A DNA stretch of 52,215 bases from a virus (Duplodnaviria > Caudoviricetes), in the IMG/VR virus record IMGVR_UViG_3300018933_000070, positions 1 to 52,215 of that record. One strand, 5' to 3'. Below the pieces are notes generated by a model. That model was not told where the DNA came from. It was given only the letters and a program-made list of their open reading frames with translations, and did no database searches. Positions 37,101 through 46,803 of the stretch are shown here, piece by piece; position 1 is the first letter of the stretch, and every line of letters begins with the position of its first letter. Position numbers and translations under genes: made by a program.

Positions 37101-38525
37101 TTACGCGTATTGGCGCTTCTCCAAATTGACCACCTTGTGCTGACGCGGCGGCTGCGGACCAGGATCCATATGAACCCGGTCGTAATTGACGAATTTATTA
37201 AACTGCTTCAGGAAGACCAGCTCGACAGTGCCGACCGGGCCGTTCCGCTGCTTCGCAATGATGATCTCGATGATGTTCTTCTTCTCGGATTCCTTGTCGT
37301 AGTAGTCATCCCGGTACAGAAAGGCCACGATATCCGCATCCTGCTCGATCGATCCGGATTCTCGAAGATCGCTCATCATCGGACGCTTGTCCTGCCGCTG
37401 TTCCACACCACGGCTGAGCTGGGAAAGTGCTATGATCGGAACATCCATTTCCCGAGCCAAGTGCTTCAGCGTCCGGGAGATCTCCGATACCTCCTGCTGC
37501 CGATTCTCCTGCCCGCGGCCCTTGCTGGCGCTTGCGATCAGCTGCAGGTAATCGATCACGATCAGGCCGAGGCCTTCCTGCTTCTTAAGACGCCGGCATT
37601 TCGATCGGATATCATGGACTGTGATTCCCGCAGAGTCATCGATCAGGATGTTCGTTCCGCCCAATACTCCGGCAGCGTGTGCCATCTTGGTCCAATCCTC
37701 CGATCCCATATCCCCGATCCGGAGTTTGCTCGCCTCGAGTATGCCCTCAGCACTGACCATCCGAGTGACCAACTGCGCCGCTGACATTTCCAGGCTGAAG
37801 ATAGCGACAGGTTCCTGGGCACGTGTAGCCACGTTCTGAGCGATATTGAGCGCGAATGCCGTTTTCCCGACCGATGGCCGCGCCGCGACAATGATCAGAT
37901 CGCTGTTCTGCAGGCCACCAAGGATGGCGTCCAGGTCCGTGTATCCTGTCTCGATGCCCGTGACCTTACCGGTTTTGTACACTTCGGCCTTGTTCTCGGT
38001 CGACTCGATGACTTCGACCAGGACGTCGTTGATCCGCTTAAAGTCCTGCTTAGGAGCTGCGCGATCTGCAAGACTCGTAGCGACCTGCTGCGCTGATGCA
38101 ACCAAGCGCTGTATATCCTCACCAGCCACAGCAGCCTGTATCCCGGCCATACTAGACCGGATATACTCTCGCAACATGAACTTGTTTTGTACGGATGTAA
38201 CGTACGTTTCTATGTTCGCAGTCGTCGGCACTGAATGGGCAAGTTTGGACAAGTAGCTGACGCCGCCAATATCCTCAAGCTCTCTCTGATCCTGTAGACG
38301 CGAAGACAATGTCACCAGGTCAATTGGCTGCCCTTCCTCTGCCAGCTCCACCATCCGGTTAAAGATGATCCGATGCTCTGTGCGATAAAAGGCTTCCGGA
38401 ACCAGTACCTCAACGTACTCGTACACATCCGGGTTGATCAAGATCGCGCCCAGCACCGAACACTCGGCAGCCAAATCATGCGGCATCTCCGGTAGAATCA
38501 TGTCAGGAACGTCTGAGTTTCGCAT
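37101..38525 (-). CDS. dnaB: Replicative DNA helicase, DnaB family
   Basis: AARPSVGKT, FSLEM, IDYLQL, LSQLSR, DLRESGSIEQDAD, KQRNGP. Confidence 0.96.
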   Translation of the reverse strand: MRNSDVPDMILPEMPHDLAAECSVLGAILINPDVYEYVEVLVPEAFYRTEHRIIFNRMVELAEEGQPIDLVTLSSRLQDQRELEDIGGVSYLSKLAHSVPTTANIETYVTSVQNKFMLREYIRSSMAGIQAAVAGEDIQRLVASAQQVATSLADRAAPKQDFKRINDVLVEVIESTENKAEVYKTGKVTGIETGYTDLDAILGGLQNSDLIIVAARPSVGKTAFALNIAQNVATRAQEPVAIFSLEMSAAQLVTRMVSAEGILEASKLRIGDMGSEDWTKMAHAAGVLGGTNILIDDSAGITVHDIRSKCRRLKKQEGLGLIVIDYLQLIASASKGRGQENRQQEVSEISRTLKHLAREMDVPIIALSQLSRGVEQRQDKRPMMSDLRESGSIEQDADIVAFLYRDDYYDKESEKKNIIEIIIAKQRNGPVGTVELVFLKQFNKFVNYDRVHMDPGPQPPRQHKVVNLEKRQYA

Positions 38526-38838
38526 AGATGGACTCCTTCCAGCCTGGCGGCGGCGGGCACGCTTCCTGTTTGGCGCGGGCTCGCTCGGCGAAATATTCTT
38601 CGGTCAATGACTTCATGCGGTCACGCTCGATTTGTTCCCCCAGGCTTCCCCGGATCTCAGCGATGTTGGGCGGATACTTGCTCTTCCTGATATGTTCGTC
38701 CACATTTTCTTGAGCTACCTCAAAAGGGAAGTCCTGGAGATACTTATGGTCGGCCTTCACTCGATCTACCGAAGCGTCAAAGGCTGGATAGTATTTCGCA
38801 ATGTGTTTATAAAGCTGGGCAACTTCAACGATTTCCAC
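38503..38838 (-). CDS. Helicase loader/inhibitor (G39P-like)
   Basis: KYPPNIAEI; position between initiator and helicase. Confidence 0.7.
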   Translation of the reverse strand: MEIVEVAQLYKHIAKYYPAFDASVDRVKADHKYLQDFPFEVAQENVDEHIRKSKYPPNIAEIRGSLGEQIERDRMKSLTEEYFAERARAKQEACPPPPGWKESIYAKLRRS

Positions 38839-39706
38839 GCTTCTTCTCCTCCTCGATAAAGCGATCTAGTTCGTCTATTTGCTCTTGTTGTTTTGTTCGT
38901 CGGCCCCGCTGTGGAGAAGATCCAAGGGCGACCGGGCGGTTCGGCAACGCACCATCGGTTATGGATTCATCCACCTGCGATTTACTCCACTCGTCAAGGC
39001 AGCGAGGGATGCAGTAGGCCATGTTTCGGATTTTGTCCCAAGCGTGTTTGGGCTTGTACTCCGCAAATGATTTATCAATGCTCCGCTTTACGATCTCTAG
39101 CGGGATACCTGTGGCAACCATCTTCTTGATCTCGTCAAAGTCTGAAGCGCTGACGTTTAGCCCCTGACCTCGTCTCATGCAAAAATAACTCTCGACTTCA
39201 TGTGCAAGTTTCAAAATGGTCTCAGGATCAGTAATAACAGCAACAGCATTGTGTATCTCTGTAATATCTTTATTAGATCGGAAGTTTTCTTCCGGGTGAT
39301 CGGAAGATTCCTGCCGATCTCTGTCGTCCAGATCGGAAGAATGTTGCCGATCTCCTAAGTCAGAGCGGAAACTTTCTTCCGGTCTGTTTTTGAATTTTTT
39401 GGAGTTTCGGACCGTAAAAACGAGTCCGTAGGGTGCTCTGGTGACTTTTATGTATTGGTTATCTTCGAGCGTCTTGATCCACGACCGGATCGTCCGGTCC
39501 GATACCCCGAATTCATTTTCAAGGTCGCTAATTTTAACTGGCTTGTTCCCTAGGACGATTCCCCAGACAATTCCGTCCCTTTCGACTTCCTTCGTCGTGG
39601 AGCTGATGCACCAAAGGAACAGCCAAATTGCTGATCCTATTTTCTTGTAATGTCTGTGTTCCAACAATCCGGAGTACATCGGAAAAGGGTAACTGCCTTC
39701 GGGCAT
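38825..39706 (-). CDS. Phage replication initiator (HTH plus DnaD-like domain)
   Basis: N-terminal winged HTH; internal iterons; C-terminal IRNMAY....W. Confidence 0.8.
   Translation of the reverse strand: MPEGSYPFPMYSGLLEHRHYKKIGSAIWLFLWCISSTTKEVERDGIVWGIVLGNKPVKISDLENEFGVSDRTIRSWIKTLEDNQYIKVTRAPYGLVFTVRNSKKFKNRPEESFRSDLGDRQHSSDLDDRDRQESSDHPEENFRSNKDITEIHNAVAVITDPETILKLAHEVESYFCMRRGQGLNVSASDFDEIKKMVATGIPLEIVKRSIDKSFAEYKPKHAWDKIRNMAYCIPRCLDEWSKSQVDESITDGALPNRPVALGSSPQRGRRTKQQEQIDELDRFIEEEKKRGNR
39275..39385. repeat. Four palindromic iterons (CGGAA...CCG), probable phage replication origin
   Basis: Copies starting at 39279, 39301, 39334 and 39366, next to an AT-rich tract. Confidence 0.75.
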
Positions 39707-39717
39707 TCGCTCATCCC

Positions 39718-39906
39718 CTAAACTTGCTTATTCCGATCGTCACGAAGGTATACGATCGGGTATTTAACTTTCACAACAGTCCACCCGGGACAGCCTCGAG
39801 CGAAATACTCGCGTGTCTCCCGCTTAAAATCTTCCGGATCAGATTGCATTAAGCTCCAGATCCGCTCGCCCATCATGCTGCGCATTAAAGGCTTGCCATC
39901 GATCAT
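39718..39906 (-). CDS. Hypothetical protein
   Basis: Coupled ORF. Confidence 0.65.
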   Translation of the reverse strand: MIDGKPLMRSMMGERIWSLMQSDPEDFKRETREYFARGCPGWTVVKVKYPIVYLRDDRNKQV

Positions 39907-40610
39907 CGCCCGGCCACCCGGACCATCTTTCCGGTCACTTCCTGAATCTCTCGCTTGAATCGCTCCTCATCACTGTTTCCGTCCGATAAGTGCAGCAGCC
40001 AAATCTCTTGTACTTTTCGGGTATCATTGGCTTTCAAGAAATCTTTTACATGTTCCAGACCAAAGTGCGACTTCAGCAGCCGCCGCATTTGTCCAGGATG
40101 CAATTGGCCGGATGCCACCCGTTCCCTCACAATATCCATTGAATAATTGCATTCCACCATGATGTGGGTCAGATCACGGAAGCGATGCCGGCAATAATAG
40201 GTGTCCGTCAAAAAGACCAGTTTATCCCCGGCCGTATTGGCCAGAAGGAACCCTAGCGGCTCCTCGACGTCATGCTGTATGTCAAAGGGGAGGATCGACC
40301 AAGTGCCAACTTGAAACGGCTCCATTGCCTTGATGACCTTCAGACGATGCCCGGAGAGCCCTCTGGCATCCGCTGTCCCCTGGCTGGTATAAACGTTGAT
40401 TCCCGCCTTCATAACGTCCTTGGCAGCCTTGCTGTGGTCCAGGTGCTCATGCGTGATCAAACAGCCGGCAATCTCAGTCATGCGAAACCTCAACGCTCGC
40501 TGCAGGGATTTGAAAGGAAAGCCGGCCTCCAGCAGGAGAGCTGTATGCCCGTCCGAGATCCGGTAGGCATTACCCGCGCTGCTGGAGCCGAGGCATTGAA
40601 TGTCGATCAT
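39903..40610 (-). CDS. Metallo-beta-lactamase-fold hydrolase (YycJ-like nuclease)
   Basis: GSSSAGN, THEHLDH, HD, TDT, ECNY, LLHLS. Confidence 0.9.
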   Translation of the reverse strand: MIDIQCLGSSSAGNAYRISDGHTALLLEAGFPFKSLQRALRFRMTEIAGCLITHEHLDHSKAAKDVMKAGINVYTSQGTADARGLSGHRLKVIKAMEPFQVGTWSILPFDIQHDVEEPLGFLLANTAGDKLVFLTDTYYCRHRFRDLTHIMVECNYSMDIVRERVASGQLHPGQMRRLLKSHFGLEHVKDFLKANDTRKVQEIWLLHLSDGNSDEERFKREIQEVTGKMVRVAGR

Positions 40611-41671
40611 CAGAAATCAGGCCCCTCAGTGCCGATCGGAGGAATATCATCCGGATGGATTTCGAAATCCATTTCTCCTTGGGCAGCCGGCTCTACATTG
40701 CTCTTTGATGAGCGAGCTGTTTCCCTTGGCTGTTCCGGATCCGGTTCAGGTTCAGCGGCCGGAGGCGTAATGTCGATGACGTTTTTATTGGCATTGGCTC
40801 TGATCTCCTCATTGACCTCAGATTCGGCGAAATCACTCTCCATTTGCTTCAGTCGGAGATAATCATCATCAATCTTTTGGCTATCGATGGTGATGTCACT
40901 ATGGGCGGCCCGGTATACCGTCTTCCAACACATTTTCTCGTACCAGCCTTCGACCCTTTCCTTTCCGACCTTTTGACCGTTCTCCCATTTGTCTTTCTCG
41001 CCACCCCAGAATTCTGGGCTAGCATGGTCCGGTTTCCTCTTCTCGATTTCAGCAATGGTCATCATGACCAATTTGTTTTTCTCCGGGGCCTTGGTATACG
41101 AATGGAAGTAGAAGCCCCCGACGATCTTCCCGCGATCAAAAGCATTTTTAATTTCAAACTCGTACCCTTCATGAGGATGATTGGCATCCTTCTTAATTGG
41201 TCTGAAATAGTCGTTTGAATAAACAAGTTCAACCGTTACATGATCCGGAACGTCCAGCCCATATTTCACAGCCTTGAGCTCCAATCCTCGATACCCCTCA
41301 ATGAATCCAATGTCGTACTTGCCTGTATTGTTGTTCTTGAATGGAACCAGACTGATGTGATTAGGTTGTGAGGGATCAAACCCGATTCTGGCGTAGGCAA
41401 CAACATCCCGGGCAAGCTTCTCCATATTGACATTGTTCCAGGTGACCGGAAGTGGATCCCGGTATCGTTCCGATTTCTTCAGCCGTTTCTCTTCAGCAGA
41501 CTTTAGAACGGAGTCCAGAGCGACAAAGTAGTTCTGAGCGAGTCGTTTTTGAAAGTTCGTCAGGGCCACTTCACCGACGTTGGAACCGAACTCGGCTATA
41601 ACTTTGGTCATGAACCGCTCGGACTGAGTTGGCTCTTTCTTCGTAACAGCCGCTTGGTTTTGGGTAGACAA
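40610..41671 (-). CDS. RecT-like single-strand annealing recombinase
   Basis: LVPF..GYRGL, ELVYSND.F, WYEKMCWKTV; acidic tail. Confidence 0.8.
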   Translation of the reverse strand: MSTQNQAAVTKKEPTQSERFMTKVIAEFGSNVGEVALTNFQKRLAQNYFVALDSVLKSAEEKRLKKSERYRDPLPVTWNNVNMEKLARDVVAYARIGFDPSQPNHISLVPFKNNNTGKYDIGFIEGYRGLELKAVKYGLDVPDHVTVELVYSNDYFRPIKKDANHPHEGYEFEIKNAFDRGKIVGGFYFHSYTKAPEKNKLVMMTIAEIEKRKPDHASPEFWGGEKDKWENGQKVGKERVEGWYEKMCWKTVYRAAHSDITIDSQKIDDDYLRLKQMESDFAESEVNEEIRANANKNVIDITPPAAEPEPDPEQPRETARSSKSNVEPAAQGEMDFEIHPDDIPPIGTEGPDF

Positions 41672-43759
41672 TTATATCGCCTCCTGCATATTGTTATGTG
41701 CCACGATGCGCAGCTTCTTGTTTTTATCTTTCCAAACGGCACTTGCCTCTTCATAACTACCATGCAGTTTGATTAGTTCATCCTTCGTATCATCTGGCAA
41801 ACTATCAAATGTCGGAGGAACTATTAATCTAATCACCTGGGAATCCGTATCAATCAGCTGCGTTACCGATTCAGCGTTATCAATAAAGATAGGTGCCGAG
41901 AATCCGTAATGCTCGCTGAGAGTATTAATGATATCCAGGCCTACATTGATTTGAGCGGCATTGTTAAGTCCTCCGTCATATGGGACGCCGTTATAAAGCG
42001 TCTTGCAGACATCGTTCAGGCCGCCATTGAGTTGTTCTTCAAACAGCCGGAACCGGGCGTATCTGAATTTACTGTTGATTTTGGACTCGAGTGCGGAAAC
42101 TTTGGTCCGCGTAAACTCTTCCGTCAAGTAGAGTTCATGCTGCAGCCGCTCGTATTCAGTAGCCAGCTTCCGCTCCTGTTCAGTCAATTCGGCGATTCGA
42201 TTTTCAATCGCGGCGGCGGCTGCAATTTTTAACTTATCCGATTCGAGCTCGCTGACTTGATCCCTGAGCAATCTGATTTCGGCTTGAACCTTGCTGATAG
42301 CGTCGGAAGCAGAGGAACGAAGCTGCTCAATTTCTGAGCGTACGGTCTCAGCCTCTTTTTGTTTGGCCTGGTACTCTGGATCGTCGGCCGGATTGGAAAC
42401 GGCCGCCTGCAGGTCGACTAGCTTTGCTTCAGCTGCGGATACTTCCTCTTGCTTCACTGAAAGTTTCTCCTCTAATGCGGACATGCTCTCTTCCAGATCA
42501 AACATGGAATGCTTGAGCTTTCTTGCCTCATCAGCAGCGGACTTGCCTTCGGCAGAAATACGTTCAAGCCGCTGAGATTTGGAAACATTGAAATCGGCCA
42601 GTGCCTTGTCCTTCGCTGCCTGTACTTGATCAGCTGGGAGGACTTGTCCGCAAGTCGGACAATTTTCATCGTGCTCATGTTCATGGGCGGGGAACTCCAA
42701 CCCGTTAGCAGCATGCCATTCCTCCCTCAGCCGTTCCGCTTGGCTCTCAGCTCGTTCGATTTGCCGCTTGTATTGCTCAATCTCGCGTCGCCCTGCAGAT
42801 ATTCTGGCTTGCAGATCAGATGCTTCGCCGCGAAGTTGCATCAACCGCTCCCGTTGCTTGTTCACGGCTTGCAAGCCATCTGCTTGGACTCGTTGTTTGA
42901 TGTCCGTCAGCTCGGCGTTGATCTCCCGTAGATGGATTTCCTTGGCCGCCAGCTCACCGCCAGACTGAATGCGCTGCAGTTCCGCAGTCTTCGCGTCTAT
43001 CCTGCCGCGCAAGGTGTCGATGTCTTCCTGTAGCAGCTCTGCGTCCAAATCGGAGACATCCGGCTTGTCACGGTATTTCTCGTCGATCCTTGTCGGGATC
43101 TCCTTGATTTCCTTATTGATCTCAGCAAGCATTGATTTAATCGTTTGCTTATGCTTTTCAACCGTTCGCTCCTCCAAGATAGCAGCCAATGGAGTTAGCT
43201 CTTTGTTGCTGGCGATAATCTCCGCATCCGTCATGTCTCCGCAGACCTCCAGCAGGACTTTTCGACGGGCTTCCGGCTTCAGCACCTCGTTAAAATAAGA
43301 AGGGCTGGTGAGAAGCTTGAACACATCTTCGCTGATCAACGCATCAACTTCGGCCTTGTACTCTTTTTCCTTAACAGGAACCCCGTCCACAAAATAATTA
43401 GTTGTATGGCCGTCGAATACAGATGTGGCTGACCCCCGTTTCTGTGTCCACTTTTCGCTAAACACTCTCCGGAACGTTCGACGGCGCTGATTAACCAGGA
43501 GGACTCCCTCAACTTCATGTTCAAGGCCGTGCCGTACAACTTTGCCGGCCTTGTCCAGCTCCTTTATTTCAAACTTCTGTTCGGACCGATTGGCACTGTC
43601 CTTTCCGAACAACAGCCAAGTGAAGCCATCAAACAATGTTGTTTTGCCAGTTGCATTATCACCAAAGGCATCCACATTCCCGCCGTTAGCTTCGAGAACG
43701 AAGTCGCGGAATCCCTTAAAATTACGGAACGTCAGACGCTCCAGAACAATCTTCTTCAA
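41672..43759 (-). CDS. SMC/Rad50-like AAA ATPase
   Basis: NFKG, GDNATGKTT, CPTCGQ hook, IFIDNAE. Confidence 0.88.
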   Translation of the reverse strand: MKKIVLERLTFRNFKGFRDFVLEANGGNVDAFGDNATGKTTLFDGFTWLLFGKDSANRSEQKFEIKELDKAGKVVRHGLEHEVEGVLLVNQRRRTFRRVFSEKWTQKRGSATSVFDGHTTNYFVDGVPVKEKEYKAEVDALISEDVFKLLTSPSYFNEVLKPEARRKVLLEVCGDMTDAEIIASNKELTPLAAILEERTVEKHKQTIKSMLAEINKEIKEIPTRIDEKYRDKPDVSDLDAELLQEDIDTLRGRIDAKTAELQRIQSGGELAAKEIHLREINAELTDIKQRVQADGLQAVNKQRERLMQLRGEASDLQARISAGRREIEQYKRQIERAESQAERLREEWHAANGLEFPAHEHEHDENCPTCGQVLPADQVQAAKDKALADFNVSKSQRLERISAEGKSAADEARKLKHSMFDLEESMSALEEKLSVKQEEVSAAEAKLVDLQAAVSNPADDPEYQAKQKEAETVRSEIEQLRSSASDAISKVQAEIRLLRDQVSELESDKLKIAAAAAIENRIAELTEQERKLATEYERLQHELYLTEEFTRTKVSALESKINSKFRYARFRLFEEQLNGGLNDVCKTLYNGVPYDGGLNNAAQINVGLDIINTLSEHYGFSAPIFIDNAESVTQLIDTDSQVIRLIVPPTFDSLPDDTKDELIKLHGSYEEASAVWKDKNKKLRIVAHNNMQEAI

Positions 43760-44013
43760 GCGATCTCCTCCTTAACGGAATACTCGAGGCCAACATCTTG
43801 AACCGTTGGTTCGAGCTTCTCTGGATATTTCATTTTTTCGAAATGCTGGCGGATCGCATATTCGATCTCAGCCAGCTGCTCATCGTTACAATGAATCTCT
43901 ACTGTGCCGCTCTTCCCTCGAACCGACAGGATCGTCGGCGTATACATTCTTTGGGGCTGTACCACGGTTTCAATACGTTCGCCAGTAATATCAAGGGACA
44001 TCGCTGCTCCCAT
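43756..44013 (-). CDS. Hypothetical protein
   Basis: Coupled ORF. Confidence 0.6.
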   Translation of the reverse strand: MGAAMSLDITGERIETVVQPQRMYTPTILSVRGKSGTVEIHCNDEQLAEIEYAIRQHFEKMKYPEKLEPTVQDVGLEYSVKEEIA

Positions 44014-44073
44014 GCTGGATCACTCCCTCTTGTGTGATTCGCCCCCATCTGGTAATATGGGGGGCATAAAAAC

Positions 44074-44349
44074 TTAATGTTTGGCACCAGATATGACCCG
44101 TTGCTGCGGGTCATTTTCTGTTTGGTCGTGTTCGACGATCGTCTTCCACTCTACGATGACCGGGCAGTTCTCGATGCTCGCGATCAGGGCATCATTTTCG
44201 TCGAGCACGTGAAATTCAGAAAAAACCCCGTTGTCGTGCTCATAACCCACCTGCTTGACCTCGATGACCTCCCGGCCGTTTACCTCAGTTCCGACCTCAA
44301 AGATTCGCGTCGGATTGCTGACCACTGTCAATTTTTGAATCACATTCAC
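44074..44349 (-). CDS. Hypothetical protein
   Basis: AAAGGAGG RBS, GTG start; SIENCPVIVEW. Confidence 0.7.
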   Translation of the reverse strand: MNVIQKLTVVSNPTRIFEVGTEVNGREVIEVKQVGYEHDNGVFSEFHVLDENDALIASIENCPVIVEWKTIVEHDQTENDPQQRVISGAKH

Positions 44350-44375
44350 GGCATTTCCTCCTTTCATATGTATTG

Positions 44376-44491
44376 CGAGGCGGTCCAGGGGGTGGGCACC
44401 GCCTCGGATGCGTCAGCCGCATCTCTCGACGCCAGACAGGAGTAAGGTTATGATACTGTCCGACGCCGGGAGACAGGGCCGAAGCTCTGTC
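44376..44491 (-). ncRNA. Four tandem hairpins in an early-operon intergenic region
   Basis: C-UUCG-G hairpin, a 16-bp stem with several G-U pairs on the minus strand, GATGCG/CGCATC, CGAGGCGGT/ACCGCCTCG. Confidence 0.5.
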
Positions 44492-44496
44492 AGTCT

Positions 44497-44739
44497 TCAC
44501 CCGAGCACTGCCTCGATCTGGTCTATTGCATTCGCCAACTCGGAAGTTGGCAGCTTCTTCAACATAGAAGCAGCATTGAACCAATTCTGATAGGCTTCCT
44601 CCCGCTGTCTCTGGAGCTCATGTAATCGCTGAAAGTTCTCCGGGTCCGCCTGGATCAATTGTGAAATAGTTTCTGTGCTTTCTCTGAGTGCTCGAGTAGT
44701 GGCAATGTATGCTTCTGCAGGTGATGCGGGGGCCGTCAT
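44497..44739 (-). CDS. Hypothetical protein
   Basis: Coupled ORF. Confidence 0.65.
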   Translation of the reverse strand: MTAPASPAEAYIATTRALRESTETISQLIQADPENFQRLHELQRQREEAYQNWFNAASMLKKLPTSELANAIDQIEAVLG

Positions 44740-45014
44740 AGCTCAACCCCCTTGCGCTTCTGACGTTCAACGATTAAAATAGACGACAAGAGACTCATTA
44801 GTCGTGATCTCAACCGAGACTGCCCTGGCCGGCGGTCTTTTTTCATTTCCAGTTCTTTTTCCGCGAATCTAATCATGTTGTTTAGATAGGCGATTCCATT
44901 CACGAGTTTGTTGGAGTCGATCATCTTATCCGGATTGCGAACGATGACCTGCAGGTTATGTTCTGCGTTTTTTCCAGCCTCCAGAGCTTGTTTTACTAAA
45001 TCACTTCTCAACAT
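44736..45014 (-). CDS. Hypothetical protein
   Basis: GAGG RBS; operon context. Confidence 0.65.
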   Translation of the reverse strand: MLRSDLVKQALEAGKNAEHNLQVIVRNPDKMIDSNKLVNGIAYLNNMIRFAEKELEMKKDRRPGQSRLRSRLMSLLSSILIVERQKRKGVEL

Positions 45015-45023
45015 CCCGAAACC

Positions 45024-45539
45024 TCATTTCATATATTTTTTTGCTTTCAAAGTTGAGCGGTGCTCTTTCCAGGTGGCCAACCACGAGAATGAATATTCCT
45101 TGCATAACACCGCTGCCAAATGAGTCAGCGCGGTGATCGCCTCGACCGTCTCCATAAGTAGCCGTTTAATCTGCTGACGTTCTGACTCGTCGATCTGCTC
45201 ATTGGTCTTGCTGATCGGGGCTTGTCCGGATACAGCGAGCACCTCCTTGATTTCCTCAATGCTCTTGATCAGAACACTCGCCCTATGTAGATCCACATTG
45301 TTGAGCCAGGGGGCGAAGGCGCCGCCGGTGACCTCCCCAGCTGCAGCAATGTAGAGCTGGCCGTCATCGTAATGTGTTGCTGTGCTTCGCATGATATCTT
45401 TCGGCGCCTTCCGAGAACCTTTGATGATCTTGCCAAGCGTCGAGTTATCGATCTTGGCCACTTGTGCAGCCTGGATTTTTGTTTGGCCTTTACGTTTGAG
45501 GACTTCCTCAAGCGCGCTGCCGAATTGTCCAATCGCCAT
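45024..45539 (-). CDS. XRE-family HTH protein (phage regulatory)
   Basis: TKIQAAQVAKIDNSTLGKIIKGSR. Confidence 0.75.
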   Translation of the reverse strand: MAIGQFGSALEEVLKRKGQTKIQAAQVAKIDNSTLGKIIKGSRKAPKDIMRSTATHYDDGQLYIAAAGEVTGGAFAPWLNNVDLHRASVLIKSIEEIKEVLAVSGQAPISKTNEQIDESERQQIKRLLMETVEAITALTHLAAVLCKEYSFSWLATWKEHRSTLKAKKYMK

Positions 45540-45630
45540 AATAATCTGATCTCCTTTGCCCAATTATTGGGATGATATTGGACAAGGAACTGTTGTAATA
45601 TTTACTTGTGAGCAAAACCTTCCCCAATCG

Positions 45631-45876
45631 TCATCCCCTTCGCCGCTGGCAGCTGGTACCGCTCCGGCGGCTTTCTTCTATCCTCTTCAAACTTTCCGAC
45701 GCTTCTTTCAAAACTCGTTTCCGTTCAAGCTTAGATAGGCTCTCCGGGTTTACTGCGTAATTTGGAAGTGACATATCCAATGCGACTTCAACATCTATGT
45801 TTTTCAGCAAACTTCTAGTTACTGTTGCTGATACACAGGCGGTTCTGGAGGTTTGACGAATCCAGCGAAAACGCAT
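45631..45876 (-). CDS. Hypothetical protein
   Basis: AAGGAG RBS before MRFRW. Confidence 0.55.
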   Translation of the reverse strand: MRFRWIRQTSRTACVSATVTRSLLKNIDVEVALDMSLPNYAVNPESLSKLERKRVLKEASESLKRIEESRRSGTSCQRRRG

Positions 45877-45877
45877 T

Positions 45878-46015
45878 CTAAGCTCCTTCCTCGAGTTCAA
45901 GATCTTCTTTTTTTTCTGGAACAGGAGCTTCGTGAATGATTCTAAGAGCTTCGACCATTTTCTCCATGTCCGGTGTATATTCAGCGTTATAAGTTATTCC
46001 AGGAGGATTTTTCAT
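45878..46015 (-). CDS. Small hypothetical protein (45 aa, MKNPPGITY...)
   Basis: GGGGTG RBS; hand translation. Confidence 0.5.
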   Translation of the reverse strand: MKNPPGITYNAEYTPDMEKMVEALRIIHEAPVPEKKEDLELEEGA

Positions 46016-46035
46016 GAGCTACACACCCCGTATCA

Positions 46036-46179
46036 TTAGAATTTGATCAGTACATACCGTGTTTTATTTGGGTCGGGCCACATGCTGTGCAGTGTCCATC
46101 CTTCGGACAACAATTCATTTACTTTTGCATAATCAAATGTTTCTTTGACGGCAGTAGCTTCAGATAATTGATGTTCCAT
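46036..46179 (-). CDS. Small hypothetical protein (47 aa, MEHQLSEA...VNELLSEGW)
   Basis: AAAGGATG RBS; hand translation. Confidence 0.55.
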   Translation of the reverse strand: MEHQLSEATAVKETFDYAKVNELLSEGWTLHSMWPDPNKTRYVLIKF

Positions 46180-46225
46180 GGTATTCATCCTTTCTTTTGT
46201 CTGCTTCTTCATTGAAGAGAGTGAC

Positions 46226-46399
46226 TTAAGGATTTGTGTGCGTTTTTTTCTTCGTCATTCTACGCCTGGCATCTTCGATAACCTTTTCGAAGGCCGTCAT
46301 TCCAGCGGAGGCTTCTCCTCTCAGATTCATTCCACAGATCTTGCAGTAGTTGTCCTTCTCGCTGATCTCGTGGTTGTAACAGCGTGGGCAGTTATTCAC
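46226..46399 (-). CDS. Small zinc-ribbon protein
   Basis: CPRC...CKICG; GTG start after GGAGG. Confidence 0.6.
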   Translation of the reverse strand: MNNCPRCYNHEISEKDNYCKICGMNLRGEASAGMTAFEKVIEDARRRMTKKKTHTNP

Positions 46400-46415
46400 C
46401 TCACCCGACCTCCTT

Positions 46416-46652
46416 TCAAGCAGTGCCTTTTCCGGACAATGATTCTTGTGCATTTTTTGCACAGTTTGATTCAAAAAAAACCGGCCACTCAAACTGAAGC
46501 ACCTCTGCAATTCTTTTAGCAACCCTAACACTTGGCACAGTCCCATTTTCAATCTTGGTATAATAAGACCTTTCGATTCCAGCCAACTCGGCAACTTTTT
46601 CTTGCGTTAGGCTCAATTGAGTTCGTTTGTCAATTAAAAATTGAGTGTCCAT
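46416..46652 (-). CDS. Cro-like XRE HTH regulator
   Basis: LTQEKVAELAGIERSYYTKIENG; divergent from the repressor. Confidence 0.88.
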   Translation of the reverse strand: MDTQFLIDKRTQLSLTQEKVAELAGIERSYYTKIENGTVPSVRVAKRIAEVLQFEWPVFFESNCAKNAQESLSGKGTA

Positions 46653-46763
46653 AGCTCCACCCCCTTGTGAAGTTTCTACACATATTATAATGTGCATTTA
46701 ATTCACAGTCAACTACTTATGTGTAATTTTATCACAATTATTTTTTTGTGAATTTTTTTCACT
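46447..46763. promoter_or_regulatory. Five TGTG-N9-CAC(A/T) operators of the lysis/lysogeny switch
   Basis: At 46447, 46666, 46691, 46720 and 46747. Confidence 0.8.
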
Positions 46764-46803
46764 TATAATATTCAATAAATATTATGGTGAATGAGGTATA
46801 AAT

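Noticed and set aside
36804-37784. 326-aa plus-strand ORF
   Set aside because: Antisense shadow of dnaB
44376-44491. Hairpin cluster as a tRNA
   Set aside because: No closing acceptor stem, T-loop TTC motif or CCA end
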